A stretch of DNA of 63,811 nt, from positions 1-63,811 of IMG/VR virus record IMGVR_UViG_3300002461_000106, one strand, 5' to 3'. The notes beneath the pieces were generated by a model. That model was not told where the DNA came from and ran no database searches. It worked only from the letters and a program-made list of their open reading frames with translations. Both the position numbers and the translations under genes were made by a program. Origin of the DNA: a virus. Taxonomy: Duplodnaviria; Caudoviricetes. This document shows positions 20,601 to 28,609 of the stretch, piece by piece. The first letter of the stretch is position 1; every line of letters starts with the position of its first letter.

Positions 20601-20621
20601 GCCACTGAGGGGCTGGAATGA
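14619..20621 (+). CDS. Giant polyvalent internal virion protein (zincin HExxH, ART-PolyVal-like, PLxRFG-like, LPD38-like C-terminus)
   Basis: 'AHEGFHYLE'; 'WFGSSKVVDAEGRPLVVYHGT...FRPEQIKSAIGNRGTFDP..PNILYS'; 'GYVPERRFGDH'; hydrophobic Gly/Ala N-terminus. Confidence 0.8.
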   Translation: MAESSLQITPVGDVLVDALVDPAAPPKRSPLARGFGVGMAGIRAAGQGLKAAAGRAVGATDFERDALAAAQAEQEAVAPDVMRVEDVNSFGSALEFGQYALGTAAPSILASILGGVAGRIGGRALARGRSAVARQTAADAGTVAGLAATSTGLGTGSIFPEAVDGGVNDPVLRAIAGGTAAGALDILPQMYLARRLGILGDAARPAPVRGFGARAGRAAVEGGRTAGLEGLTETGQEIIGRTAAGQDLTDAEALSAYINAGAIGAIAGGTIGGVTGAANIGTAAPPRQPTATPPQPVIEPEAPLPQVEPLDVIGQRASDLALLGSIPSPLEPAAPAAEPARPVVSQYDRSRSEMAQEADTLALQTLVGQRESLQAQVEALGAEMKQPAAQRRPKADIIREIKAAQDQLTQIGVQETQLGNAVQTRARRLAGRDAAMATPEMAPRTPRTPAPESDVIQTRSADPDTTAAETAVAELKRSMGALVSSREARLVPKVDRGEVTLEVPPASNVRERQRPVDDKTRRDTIEGVAVESIKRNADELAAAGAFRKGTAMKAREAIIAAAVDAAKAPTIEAAEKAVFDAAIKALGGSVNKTDAIIFAGKVAADIKDAPKFYSKSAVARAVSDAVGGTPLNVVDAYVQQRTLGEDASTFARDTAVSIFANAAQDAALDSGAVAKTLDDLVNAGGYDALYATPDAVPLAARPAAQRAAQDFQDAVLAARGEEVISELRRMLGDDPNLEFRLFEAAPGAPVGYYQRLQPLKDVIAVATNAQDVMSVAAHEGFHYLEARVLNGAERAVINRSFSPGARLFKQVLQRAVAYDRENKTNIADEIRTRPAEAHAYGYEMWRRGDLQADGLLARAFEKIRQMIDRIRNYITGVGFQSTEDIFRAVELGAYADRQRRTGGVSTQRSEARSDITQTAAFRRWFGSSKVVDAEGRPLVVYHGTGGDFSEFRTTRSGEFGPAIYTTDNPREAGEYSVSGRDGMGSNVMPVYVSIQNPYTKGVDAFWAEFGRDTDGDAAAVARARAAGYDGIIAQRADRYYDNMTRDFVDRGGVLTHYIAFRPEQIKSAIGNRGTFDPTDPNILYSRAAQAAETDMARRKRNGELEREQLQDSLADLIDTAGIPNPTLKEVFGATYTTLAGGLRRWRLKNIATGNYIASKSQAYANLQKVLRGYIQRKSALISDGVEVGLSEWRKGSTVADEQAVADALMRRTVGGFLEGSPEYLDTIAELTPKQLSMFKQANETIGRYLDLEFQADQKTMQAALPAEDYAEWLANRQDQVNRLKAEGYVPERRFGDHFAHAYIERVDAQGRTQKLALLLDAFETEGAAKLMVERYKQIAAEKMPELKVEYGYKYKAERDTSGSLQLFLDTARRNGVEITQAERERLAKALVAADSTRRNRLFRRKNVLGFSRDAMRVMAEFVVTMSNKVAYSEFTASINDAAAGKKVDVLVERGKSPQLQTDNESNLWADEGVEANFVRNLADELVDYVLVPDHGGEWSSKLRSGAMFYFLGGSVASGVVNMMSVPMNTLPWLTQHTDYGNAATTVMSAFSTAHANGMTLRDLVALRDKEGVSMPAIDNVPGLRDALIAAAEDGTTLDTEIHQIMGLTQGGLLSKSRKVQKAIDVWMWPFRYAEQTNRIATFIAGYKIGQQNNLAGRELYEFAKNTVDQTQNAYNETNRPGAARDPVWSLLFMFKSFPLFTMEMLESMYRQNPKSAVYFLVGLTAVAGVNGLPFADEIMDLVDTISQKLFGSPFNSRRALRNMLKDASEAAVGVDLSHVLTRGLINDMFDMNVASRISLSGVIPGTRIGTADGNYARVAEEVLGAPISMLTSLGTGAGLVLKGEFEKALREAGPSAVRNVIKAAEQYDRGYAVDGQGRKLVDVGGPQIFWQALGFTSGGLAQMYDLDRTVKQTEAYYSMVQTDLMSKLTRAISEGDQAKAQEVLDLTNRWNTTYPDMPIMLSPSALRRRIVEAGMPLNERTMRNLPRALRGSSLATEGLE

Positions 20622-20646
20622 TATACTGGACTGTGAGGATAATCCC

Positions 20647-21255
20647 ATGACCTGCCCCACCACCCAAGATATTACGATCAAGAAGGGTAAGACCTTCCGG
20701 CTGGTGACGCGGTGGGAGACGCTGCCGTTTGTCTACAAGGCGATCTCGGGCATCACACGGGCCGCTCCGGCGGTGATCACTGCGTCTGCGCATGGCCTGC
20801 CGGACGGATGGCGCACAGCGGTGGTGTCGGCTGAGGGCATGAAGGAGATCAACGCCAAGTCGATGCCGCCGGCATCCGACGAGTTCAAGAAGGCCACGGT
20901 GCTGACGTCCAGCACGGTTGAGCTGAACGAAGTGAACTCCGCCGAGTTCCGCGCCTACACCTCGGGTGGGTACTTGATGTATTACACCCCCGTCGATCTG
21001 GACGGATACACCGCCCGACTGCAGGTCCGCGCGACCGAGCAGGCGACGGGCGCCCCGCTGCTGAGCTTGACGTCGTCAGCCGGCATCACATTGGACAACA
21101 CGAACAAAACGATCACGATCACGATCTCGGCCGCCGACACCGCCGACCTCGACTTCGCGACCGGAGTCTACGAGTTGGAGATGGAGGATGGCAGTGGCGT
21201 GGTCGACCAACTGCTGAAGGGCACAGTGACCGTCGAGCCGGAGGTGGTGCGATGA
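20647..21255 (+). CDS. Virion structural protein
   Basis: 'ITIKKGKTF', 'DLDGYTARLQVR', 'GVYELE', 'LLKGTVTVEPEV' domain with an inserted 'PAVITASAHGL' module. Confidence 0.65.
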   Translation: MTCPTTQDITIKKGKTFRLVTRWETLPFVYKAISGITRAAPAVITASAHGLPDGWRTAVVSAEGMKEINAKSMPPASDEFKKATVLTSSTVELNEVNSAEFRAYTSGGYLMYYTPVDLDGYTARLQVRATEQATGAPLLSLTSSAGITLDNTNKTITITISAADTADLDFATGVYELEMEDGSGVVDQLLKGTVTVEPEVVR

Positions 21256-21566
21256 GAATCCTTTTGGCAGTAGCGTTGGTCGCGATGACTTCAGTTGCGG
21301 TCGCGGACGCAGGTATCCTGCGGCTCCAGACCAAGGACATGACGGTGGTGCTGCACAAGACCCCCTGCACGGATGCGGCGTCGTTGAGCATCATACAGCC
21401 TGAGATGCGCCCGCGATTCTTCGCCGCTGACTTGACCTGGAAGGGCACGCCCCTCAAGGCATGCTGGGCGCCGCTCCCCGACCGGGCCGAGGTGTTGATG
21501 GTCGACGAGACTGGTGACTACGGCATGCTCCCGATGTCAGGTTTCAAGCCAGTGAGGGCGATGTGA
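21252..21566 (+). CDS. Exported hypothetical protein (lysis module)
   Basis: Signal-peptide-like N-terminus (AVA-D), two Cys; upstream of endolysin. Confidence 0.6.
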   Translation: MRILLAVALVAMTSVAVADAGILRLQTKDMTVVLHKTPCTDAASLSIIQPEMRPRFFAADLTWKGTPLKACWAPLPDRAEVLMVDETGDYGMLPMSGFKPVRAM

Positions 21567-21985
21567 GTAGGTATATTATTCTCCCGAATGGTCGGCCGAC
21601 TAACTTTACGCTGGTTGAACTGGCTTGCAGGCACTGTGGTAAATTCAACTATCATCCCGGCGTGCTGGATAAGATACAGGACGTGCGGGATGACCTGAAC
21701 GAAGCAATGATGCCCACCAGCGGGTGCCGTTGTGATCAGCACAACACTGCCGTTGGTGGCAAGCGCGACAGCTTTCATATCTGTGACCGAGTGCCTGACC
21801 AGCACAAAGGGCGGCTCGGCTGCATGGCCGTTGACCTCGCGACTCCAAGCCCGATGTATCGCGGGCGACTATTCGCCTGCCTGTGGAAGCATGGGTTCAC
21901 GGTCGGAATCAACTTCACCAAGAATTTCCTCCACGGCGATCAGCGCAGGCTGATCGGCTGGGAGCAAACGACATTTCCATACTAG
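21563..21985 (+). CDS. Endolysin, peptidase M15A family
   Basis: 'SGCRC..HN.AVGG...S.H', 'AVDL', 'FLHGD' Zn-ligand pattern. Confidence 0.8.
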   Translation: MSRYIILPNGRPTNFTLVELACRHCGKFNYHPGVLDKIQDVRDDLNEAMMPTSGCRCDQHNTAVGGKRDSFHICDRVPDQHKGRLGCMAVDLATPSPMYRGRLFACLWKHGFTVGINFTKNFLHGDQRRLIGWEQTTFPY

Positions 21986-21993
21986 GAGGGTTT

Positions 21994-22386
21994 ATGCTGC
22001 AGATGCTTATCCCCGCGCTCGCCCCCATCCTCGGTAAGGTTGTTGGCAATCTGTTTCCCGACCCAGAGCAGAAGGCCAAGGCTGAGCAGGAGGTACTCAT
22101 TCAGTTGATGCAGCACCAGCAGCAGATCGAGACAGCTGCCGCGTCTATCATCCAGGCTGAGGCCGCGTCGCAGCACTGGCTGGCGGCGAACTGGCGCCCT
22201 ATTACAATGCTCACGTTCTTGGGCCTGATCGTCGCCCGCTGGTTCGGATGGGCCGCCCCGTCTCTGTCTGAGGCCGAGTATCTCAAGCTATGGTCGATCG
22301 TGGAGTTTGGTCTGGGTGGGTATGTGGTCGGTCGGAGCGTGGAGAAGATTGCGCCGGGCATAGCTGATGCGATGCGGCGCCGATAG
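21994..22386 (+). CDS. Holin, 3TM (GTA-holin-like) family
   Basis: 'WLAANWRP', hydrophobic segments, 'GLGGYVVGRSVEK'; AGGAGG RBS. Confidence 0.8.
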   Translation: MLQMLIPALAPILGKVVGNLFPDPEQKAKAEQEVLIQLMQHQQQIETAAASIIQAEAASQHWLAANWRPITMLTFLGLIVARWFGWAAPSLSEAEYLKLWSIVEFGLGGYVVGRSVEKIAPGIADAMRRR

Positions 22387-22395
22387 GGGGCTGAG

Positions 22396-22707
22396 ATGGG
22401 CGCAGAATCTCAAGTAAAATATCCGCAAGTCGATCGCCGGGCGCAGCCGGACATGCAGGAGATCAACAAGAAGCTCGACGTCTTGGTCGACGGCCACACG
22501 CGCATGAACACTGCGTTGTTCGCGACCGATGACAAGAATGAGTTCGGCTGTCCCGGTGTCATGGTGGTCATGCAGAAGATCGACCGCCATGTCGATGTCT
22601 GGTGCAGCGCGGCGGCGATGGCCAAGCGGCTGATGAAGTTCGGGTTCTGGTTCGTTACTGGTCTGGCCGGCACGGTGGCAACGCTCAAAGCCGCGGGCTG
22701 GTGGTAA
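22396..22707 (+). CDS. Membrane protein (C-terminal TM), lysis-associated?
   Basis: 'DRR' N-terminus and C-terminal hydrophobic helix. Confidence 0.55.
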   Translation: MGAESQVKYPQVDRRAQPDMQEINKKLDVLVDGHTRMNTALFATDDKNEFGCPGVMVVMQKIDRHVDVWCSAAAMAKRLMKFGFWFVTGLAGTVATLKAAGWW

Positions 22708-22722
22708 TCATTTAAGGAGAAC

Positions 22723-23157
22723 ATGATGTCCAAAGGGAATACGTTTGAGAACGACCTGCTGAAGCTGATCTTCAATGGCACCGCGATCGCCAACCTCGCT
22801 GATAACGCGGGCACCGGACCGCTGGCCAACCTCTACCTGAGCTTGCACACCGCAGACCCGGACGAGACTGGTAACCAGGAGACCAACGAGACTGCCTACA
22901 CGGGCTACGCACGTGTGGCGGTGGCGCGCACGACAGGCGGCTGGACGGTAACCAACAACTCAGTGTCCCCTGTGGCTGAGGTCGTGTTCGGCGAATGCAC
23001 TGCGTCGCCGGGCGCAGCGATCACTCATGCGGCGATCGGCACCGCGGCGACAGGCACCGGGAAGATCCTCTACAAGGGTGCGCTGACGCCGAACATCACG
23101 ATGGCGGCAGGTGTGACGCCTATCATTCGTGACACCAGCACGATCACCGAGGACTGA
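22723..23157 (+). CDS. Small tail-fibre-associated protein
   Basis: 'FENDLLKLIF', 'LYLSLHTADP', 'YTGYARVAV' conserved phage motifs; AAGGAG RBS. Confidence 0.75.
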   Translation: MMSKGNTFENDLLKLIFNGTAIANLADNAGTGPLANLYLSLHTADPDETGNQETNETAYTGYARVAVARTTGGWTVTNNSVSPVAEVVFGECTASPGAAITHAAIGTAATGTGKILYKGALTPNITMAAGVTPIIRDTSTITED

Positions 23158-23160
23158 TAG

Positions 23161-24045
23161 ATGTCTTTGGTCATCAAGGACCGCATCAAGGAGACGACGA
23201 CTACCACGGGCGCTGGCACGGCAACCCTGCTGGGCGCAGAAGATAAGTTCCTCGCGTTCAGTGAGGTCGGCGATGGGAATACAACCCCCTACGCGATCGT
23301 CCACCGTACTGCGAACGAGTGGGAGGTCGGTATCGGCACCTACACGGCCAGCGGCACGACGTTGACTCGGACAACGGTGCTGGCGTCATCTAACGGTGGC
23401 TCTGCTGTGAATTTCTCTGCAGGCACGAAGGATGTGTTTGTTACGCTGCCAGCGGAGAAGATAACTGTTTCCGGCCCCATCACCACATCCGGCCTCACCA
23501 TGTCCACCGCTCGCATCCTCGGGCGCACGACTGCCTCTACGGGCGCGGTGGAGGAAATCGGTGTTGGAACTGGCCTTGCGCTATCCGGTGGAAGTCTTGT
23601 CAATTCCGCGCCTGCCGTAGCTGTTGCTGCAGGGGATGTGCTGCAAGTGGTGACGGCCACGGATGCCGGCAGCACGACGACATCTACCGGCCTGACGAGC
23701 ATGAACGCAGCCGATAAATCAATTACACCGAAAAATTCGGCCAGCAAGATATTAATTGAGGTGTCATTTTTGGCCTCGGTAGAGCCGATTTCGGCAGTAA
23801 ATGCGACAGGATCATTCCAGCTCTATGACGTTACGGGGGCAGCGGCTGTTGGTGCTGTGTACACAATAAACTCCCTAAGCGGCCCAGGTGGTTCCGGCGC
23901 TTACGCTCCCGCCGTAGTGCGAGCCATAGTTTCAAACTCTGTACTTACTTCTCGCGCGTTTCGGATGCGTGGGGCAACAAACAATGCATCGGGTGCCGCC
24001 GGCTGCCGAGACATGGTCTGGTCATTCACTGAAATCAAAACCTGA
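23161..24045 (+). CDS. Tail fibre protein
   Basis: 'DRIKETTTTTG.G', 'WEVGIGTY', 'NFSAGTKDVFVTLPA' N-terminus; C-terminal 'GDVLQVV...SKILI' head domain. Confidence 0.75.
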   Translation: MSLVIKDRIKETTTTTGAGTATLLGAEDKFLAFSEVGDGNTTPYAIVHRTANEWEVGIGTYTASGTTLTRTTVLASSNGGSAVNFSAGTKDVFVTLPAEKITVSGPITTSGLTMSTARILGRTTASTGAVEEIGVGTGLALSGGSLVNSAPAVAVAAGDVLQVVTATDAGSTTTSTGLTSMNAADKSITPKNSASKILIEVSFLASVEPISAVNATGSFQLYDVTGAAAVGAVYTINSLSGPGGSGAYAPAVVRAIVSNSVLTSRAFRMRGATNNASGAAGCRDMVWSFTEIKT

Positions 24046-24057
24046 TCGGAGATTCAA

Positions 24058-24384
24058 ATGGCACGTATCGGAAAAACCTTCGCCAGTGAGCTGCTGGCCG
24101 CTGGTATCAGCACGAAGGGCATTGCGTGGACTGATGGCGAAAAACTCATCTTCACGGACGTGTCCGCCCAAACTCAGGCGGACGTCGAGGCGGTTCTGGA
24201 AGCCCACAACCCTGATGCGCCACGAGACTACGCTGAACGCAGGCGCGAAGCCTACGTCGCGGCAGGCGTCACGATGGAGGCCATTGCCGAGGCGCCGATC
24301 GAACACGCGGGCGGCAGGTCGCAGAAGCTGCAGCAACTGATGCTGCTGCGTGATGCGGTGCGGACGGAGATTCCGAAGCCATGA
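24058..24384 (+). CDS. Tail fibre chaperone-like protein
   Basis: Follows fibre; 'VEAVLEAHNP', 'YAERRREAY', C-terminal 'VRTEIPKP'. Confidence 0.55.
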   Translation: MARIGKTFASELLAAGISTKGIAWTDGEKLIFTDVSAQTQADVEAVLEAHNPDAPRDYAERRREAYVAAGVTMEAIAEAPIEHAGGRSQKLQQLMLLRDAVRTEIPKP

Positions 24385-24743
24385 GCCGCAGCGATACCGA
24401 CAAGCGCCATCACCCTTGGCCTCCGGAAGGTAAGTGGGTGGAGTTTCGCCTGCGCCGTGCCGTGTGGATGTCAGTGCGCCCGTGGTATCACGCCGTAGAC
24501 GGCCCATTCGACCACATGGGTATTCGCCGCATGTTTATCCTGCGCGCGTGGCTCCCGTTCTTCACTTACAACTTGAAGTGGCGCGGGCTGGGTGTCCACG
24601 GCTACATTGGTTGGAAACCGATCCCTGTGCCGCTCGACCCGCAGTTCGGCTGGAACCAACTGAACGAGGCCAAAAAAGCCGCGGAGGCGGGTGAATTGTT
24701 CGTCCAACTCTCCTGGCGCGGTGGTATCGGCGCGATCTCGTAA
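24381..24743 (+). CDS. Hypothetical protein (Trp-rich)
   Basis: 120-aa ORF coupled by ATGA. Confidence 0.55.
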   Translation: MSRSDTDKRHHPWPPEGKWVEFRLRRAVWMSVRPWYHAVDGPFDHMGIRRMFILRAWLPFFTYNLKWRGLGVHGYIGWKPIPVPLDPQFGWNQLNEAKKAAEAGELFVQLSWRGGIGAIS

Positions 24744-24750
24744 GTAGTCC

Positions 24751-25563
24751 ATGCTCGGCTTCCATTCCATATCCGAAGCGCCGATTTCGGCGCTGGCCGA
24801 GGGCGGGGTCGTTGTCGCGGTCGAACTGTCCGCTGCCGGCACCTCGACCGTCTCGTTCGCCTCATCGTCTGACAGCCGGGTAGTCCTGTCCGCAGCTGGC
24901 GAGGGTGCCTGCTCGCTGGTCGGTGCCGCCGATGTTCGTGCGTCCCTCAGCGTCGATGCGTCAGGCAGCGCGTCGTTCGCCGGCGCAGTCGAGGCCCGGG
25001 CTGTGCTCTCCGCCGCGGGGGCATCCACAGTTACGCTGGCGTCTCAGGCTGAGGCTCGGGCCGTCCTGTCAGCCGCCGGCACCGCTACCCCCGCGCTGAC
25101 CAGCCGGACCGAAGCGCGTACCTCGTTCGCGATCGCGGGCGAGTCCACGGCGTCGTTCGCCCCCTCGTCTGGTGCCCGGTTCGACATCGCCGGCCAAGCC
25201 GCAGCGGTCCTGTCACCTCGCGTCGAGGCCCGATCGCTGCTCGCCGCGTCAGGCAGCGCGACCGTCTCTCTGGAGTCCCGATCGGAGGCCCGGGTCGAGA
25301 TCCGCGCAACGCTCACGGTGGTCGGGCAGGCGACAGTTGACTTCGTCGCACCCGAGCCGGCATTCGATGTCGCCCCGGCCGAGATATATGTGCTCCGACT
25401 GGAGGACAGCCGGACTGCATTCCGGGCGCAGCCCGAGGTCTCGCTGCGAATCATCGCCCCCGAGGCCACTGTCCGGACCCCCGCCAACGAGGTGTTTGCG
25501 CGGACTTATCCGCAGGAGCGCACCGTGCTGCGGCGGTTGGACGAACTGGCTGTCGCAGCGTAA
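24751..25563 (+). CDS. Fibre-associated protein with about 9 20-aa repeats
   Basis: 'MLGFHSISEAPISAL' N-terminus; repeats ARAVLSAAGxxTxxxxS. Confidence 0.7.
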   Translation: MLGFHSISEAPISALAEGGVVVAVELSAAGTSTVSFASSSDSRVVLSAAGEGACSLVGAADVRASLSVDASGSASFAGAVEARAVLSAAGASTVTLASQAEARAVLSAAGTATPALTSRTEARTSFAIAGESTASFAPSSGARFDIAGQAAAVLSPRVEARSLLAASGSATVSLESRSEARVEIRATLTVVGQATVDFVAPEPAFDVAPAEIYVLRLEDSRTAFRAQPEVSLRIIAPEATVRTPANEVFARTYPQERTVLRRLDELAVAA

Positions 25564-25587
25564 AATAGATACTTTCAGGAGGCATTT

Positions 25588-25989
25588 ATGGCACAGACGA
25601 CTTCGAAGATCCCCGGCAAGGTTCGGGCAGATAACGTAGATGTAGCAGTCACGCAGTCGGGTAACACCGAACTGCTGGACCTGATCGTGGATGACGTGAC
25701 CTACCTCGGCGTCGAGCTGGCGGTCACGGGCCAGGCGCTCGACGCGTTCCTCGTGCAGGGGCGCATGTCCCCCGATGGGGCGTATCAGACCCTCTACTCT
25801 GTCGCAGGCGACTTTACGTCACCGGCGGGCCTTGTGGTCGATGCCTCCGGCGACCTGACCGTTCTCGGCGCAGGCGCTTCAGGCTGGCTGCTGCTCAACG
25901 TGCTGCCGCTCTACTCGGTCAAGATCCTCGCGTCCAGCGGCAATCTCGCTGGCAGCACTGTGACCGCCCGCGCGATCGGGAGGGCATAA
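25588..25989 (+). CDS. Putative virion protein
   Basis: AGGAGG RBS, beta-rich 133 aa. Confidence 0.65.
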   Translation: MAQTTSKIPGKVRADNVDVAVTQSGNTELLDLIVDDVTYLGVELAVTGQALDAFLVQGRMSPDGAYQTLYSVAGDFTSPAGLVVDASGDLTVLGAGASGWLLLNVLPLYSVKILASSGNLAGSTVTARAIGRA

Positions 25990-26228
25990 TGCGCTGGCTT
26001 GACACCCTGAAGGCCTTGCTACCCGGCAGCCTGCCGGCCACGCCGCCTGAAGCGGTCGCGTTCGTGCCCAACAAGACCTTCTTCGAACCCAAGACGCGCA
26101 GCGAATACGTGCAGGGGCTGCGCTATTCGGCCCGAACGGATGAACTCAAGGCGCTGGTAAAAACATGGCTGTCGGATGGCAGGGTCCAACTTGCCATCGG
26201 CCCAGCCGCAAAAATTCACGGTCGATAG
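25989..26228 (+). CDS. Hypothetical protein
   Basis: TAATG coupling, 79 aa. Confidence 0.55.
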   Translation: MRWLDTLKALLPGSLPATPPEAVAFVPNKTFFEPKTRSEYVQGLRYSARTDELKALVKTWLSDGRVQLAIGPAAKIHGR

Positions 26229-26237
26229 GAGGCCAAC

Positions 26238-26615
26238 ATGGCTGTCACCCACCCCACCGCAGTGCGCTCTGGTATCGCCGACTTTGTCGTCGATCAACTG
26301 GATGAAGGCACCCCGCCCGGCACCCTCGTGTTCCAGACCTCCGGCGATGTCGAGGTCGCAACGCTCACATTCAGCACCACCGCGTTCGGCGCAGCATCGA
26401 GCGGCACCGCGACCGCAGCAGCTATCACGGCAGACTCCAGCGCGACCGGCGGCACGATCGCCAAGGCCCGACTGAGGAACGCTGCGGGCACCGATAAGAT
26501 CATCTGCTCAGTCACGGCAACCGGCGGCGGCGGTGATATCGAACTGAACAGTGTTGTGGTGTCCGCGGGCCAGCAGGTATCCCTGACCTCTCTGACCTAC
26601 TCGGCCCCCGCATGA
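26238..26615 (+). CDS. Small fibre-associated virion protein
   Basis: AGGAGG RBS; 'AFGAAS.GTATA', 'GGTIAKARL', 'GGGDIELNS'. Confidence 0.7.
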   Translation: MAVTHPTAVRSGIADFVVDQLDEGTPPGTLVFQTSGDVEVATLTFSTTAFGAASSGTATAAAITADSSATGGTIAKARLRNAAGTDKIICSVTATGGGGDIELNSVVVSAGQQVSLTSLTYSAPA

Positions 26616-27769
26616 CCCGCCAATACCGCCCGCGCAATCAGCCCGGTCGTCCTGCCGACAGCAGTAAGGTCGAACGCTGGCTCGGCAAGGAAAAGATCGC
26701 GCACTTACAAGCCTGCATGGCGAACGGCGGCAGCCGTTGGTATGGTAGGCCGATCTGCCTGCTGGACGTTCCGGGTAGCCTGTGGATCACTGCCGATGGC
26801 GACTTCGTAGGCCACGTAGCCGGCGGTTATTTTGGTAGTGCGATGGATTACTTCGAGACCAGGTTGCGGCGGTTCTGGCAAGAAGCCGGCCGACCGCAAT
26901 ATGGCTACTGCAATGCAGGTTTCGCCAGTATCAGTGACGCACTGAGTCGGGCTTCGCAAGGGTTCAGTCAACGGAGGCAGATCAACAAAGTCGGCCCTAC
27001 CGGCGTAGTGGGCGTAACCTCGACATTATGGCGCGTCGGCCCACAGCCGGTTGCTGGAGGTGCCGGGGCGGCCGCACCGGGCGGGACCGCGCATGTCGAT
27101 AGCGATACCGGCGGCGTTTTATTCAATAACCCGGCCACCGGGACGCTGCATCTGGTCGGCGCGGATTTCTCGGCATCGGTCATCAACAATTCACTGATGG
27201 TATATGATCGATTGTTCTCAGTGGCAAAAACGATGGCCAGCACCGCTACGGAAGCGGTGACCGGGGTGCCAACCCGCTATCAATCTACGACGGCTACTGT
27301 GGACGATTATATTGGGGACAACTTTGGGTTTGTCGAAATCGGCGGCACGGCCCTCGCAGCGACTGCACATAACTGGACTGTATGCACTTATACCGACCAA
27401 GCCAACGCATCAAGCACGCTACCATCCCTTACCGGGAACTCGGCCGGCATCGTAGATCGCCTCGATCATCCAGCGCAGCAGTGGTTTGCGCCATTAGCGT
27501 CCGGTGATGTCGGCATCAAAGCATGGACGCAGATGCAATGCAGTGCGTCGGTAGCGACCGGGCTTATAAATTTCTGTATCGGACATCCGCTGGGGTTCAT
27601 GTCGTTCCCGGTTATCAATAGCATGCTGCCATTCGATTGGTTGACCAACCGAGACCAGGCGCCGCGTGTTTTTGATGATGCCTGTATTTCGTTCTTGGAA
27701 CCACTAAAGCCCGCAACCACGACGACCACCTACACCGGGCGCTTCCAGATGACCTCCGCAGCGGCGTAA
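26612..27769 (+). CDS. Putative receptor-binding/virion protein
   Basis: 385 aa, beta-rich, A/T-shifted codon usage; lies between fibre genes. Confidence 0.6.
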   Translation: MTRQYRPRNQPGRPADSSKVERWLGKEKIAHLQACMANGGSRWYGRPICLLDVPGSLWITADGDFVGHVAGGYFGSAMDYFETRLRRFWQEAGRPQYGYCNAGFASISDALSRASQGFSQRRQINKVGPTGVVGVTSTLWRVGPQPVAGGAGAAAPGGTAHVDSDTGGVLFNNPATGTLHLVGADFSASVINNSLMVYDRLFSVAKTMASTATEAVTGVPTRYQSTTATVDDYIGDNFGFVEIGGTALAATAHNWTVCTYTDQANASSTLPSLTGNSAGIVDRLDHPAQQWFAPLASGDVGIKAWTQMQCSASVATGLINFCIGHPLGFMSFPVINSMLPFDWLTNRDQAPRVFDDACISFLEPLKPATTTTTYTGRFQMTSAAA

Positions 27770-27772
27770 GCC

Positions 27773-28609
27773 ATGAGTGACCGGCGGCGATTCAACTGGC
27801 AGTCAGGCGGCCTGACTGCCAGTCCGATCACCGATTTCTGGCAGATCAGCCGAACGGTTCAAGATCCATCGGTCCCCAACCTGCCGCTGGAGACCCCCGA
27901 CGCATCAGGCGCGTCGGGCAGCGGCATCCTATCCGCCCAGTCTTCTACTGTGGCTGGCGCTGGTGTTGGCTCGTCTACCGGCACCGGCGCTCCTGCTGCG
28001 CAAGCATCGACACTCGCCGGCGCAGGGAGCAGCACATCCACCGGTGTCGGCGCTCTGAGTGCCGCCCCGTCTACGCTGGCCGGCCTGGGCGAGGTCGGCG
28101 ACAGCGCGATATCCGGATCGGGTATCCTGACCTGCACGGGTGCGACAGTTGTGGGGTCGGGGCCATCCAGCAGCGCAGGGTCGGGTGTTCTGGCCGCCAC
28201 ACCGTTCACTCTCGAAATCATTGGCCTCACGGGGTCAGGCGGATCGGGCAGTCTCGCGAGTCAGGCTGTCACGCTGTCGGCCGCCGGGGGGTCCGCCTCC
28301 CTAGGTACCGGGGCGTTGGCCGCGTCCAGTGCATCCCTGACAGGGAGCGGAGATGCGCAGTGGATCGGCGCAGGCACCCTGAACGCGGGCGGGGCGGGGC
28401 TAACTGGCGCAGGGAGTGGGGAGAGTTTCGGAGCCGGGCTGCTCGTGGTTAGCCCCAGCGAGAGCCTGGGTGATGGGCTGACCGAGTCCTTCGGGGACGG
28501 GAGTATGATCTCGGCAAGCGGTCAGATGTCAGGGATGGACAGTACGCCGCCCGCAGTGCGGCGGATGCTGCTCTACCTGCGCAGCCGCCGGCGCAGGCGC
28601 TACGCCTAA
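27773..28609 (+). CDS. Gly/Ser-rich protein with about 10 21-aa repeats and Arg-rich C-terminus
   Basis: Repeats GxGxLxAxxxTLxGxG; ends RSRRRRRYA. Confidence 0.7.
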   Translation: MSDRRRFNWQSGGLTASPITDFWQISRTVQDPSVPNLPLETPDASGASGSGILSAQSSTVAGAGVGSSTGTGAPAAQASTLAGAGSSTSTGVGALSAAPSTLAGLGEVGDSAISGSGILTCTGATVVGSGPSSSAGSGVLAATPFTLEIIGLTGSGGSGSLASQAVTLSAAGGSASLGTGALAASSASLTGSGDAQWIGAGTLNAGGAGLTGAGSGESFGAGLLVVSPSESLGDGLTESFGDGSMISASGQMSGMDSTPPAVRRMLLYLRSRRRRRYA

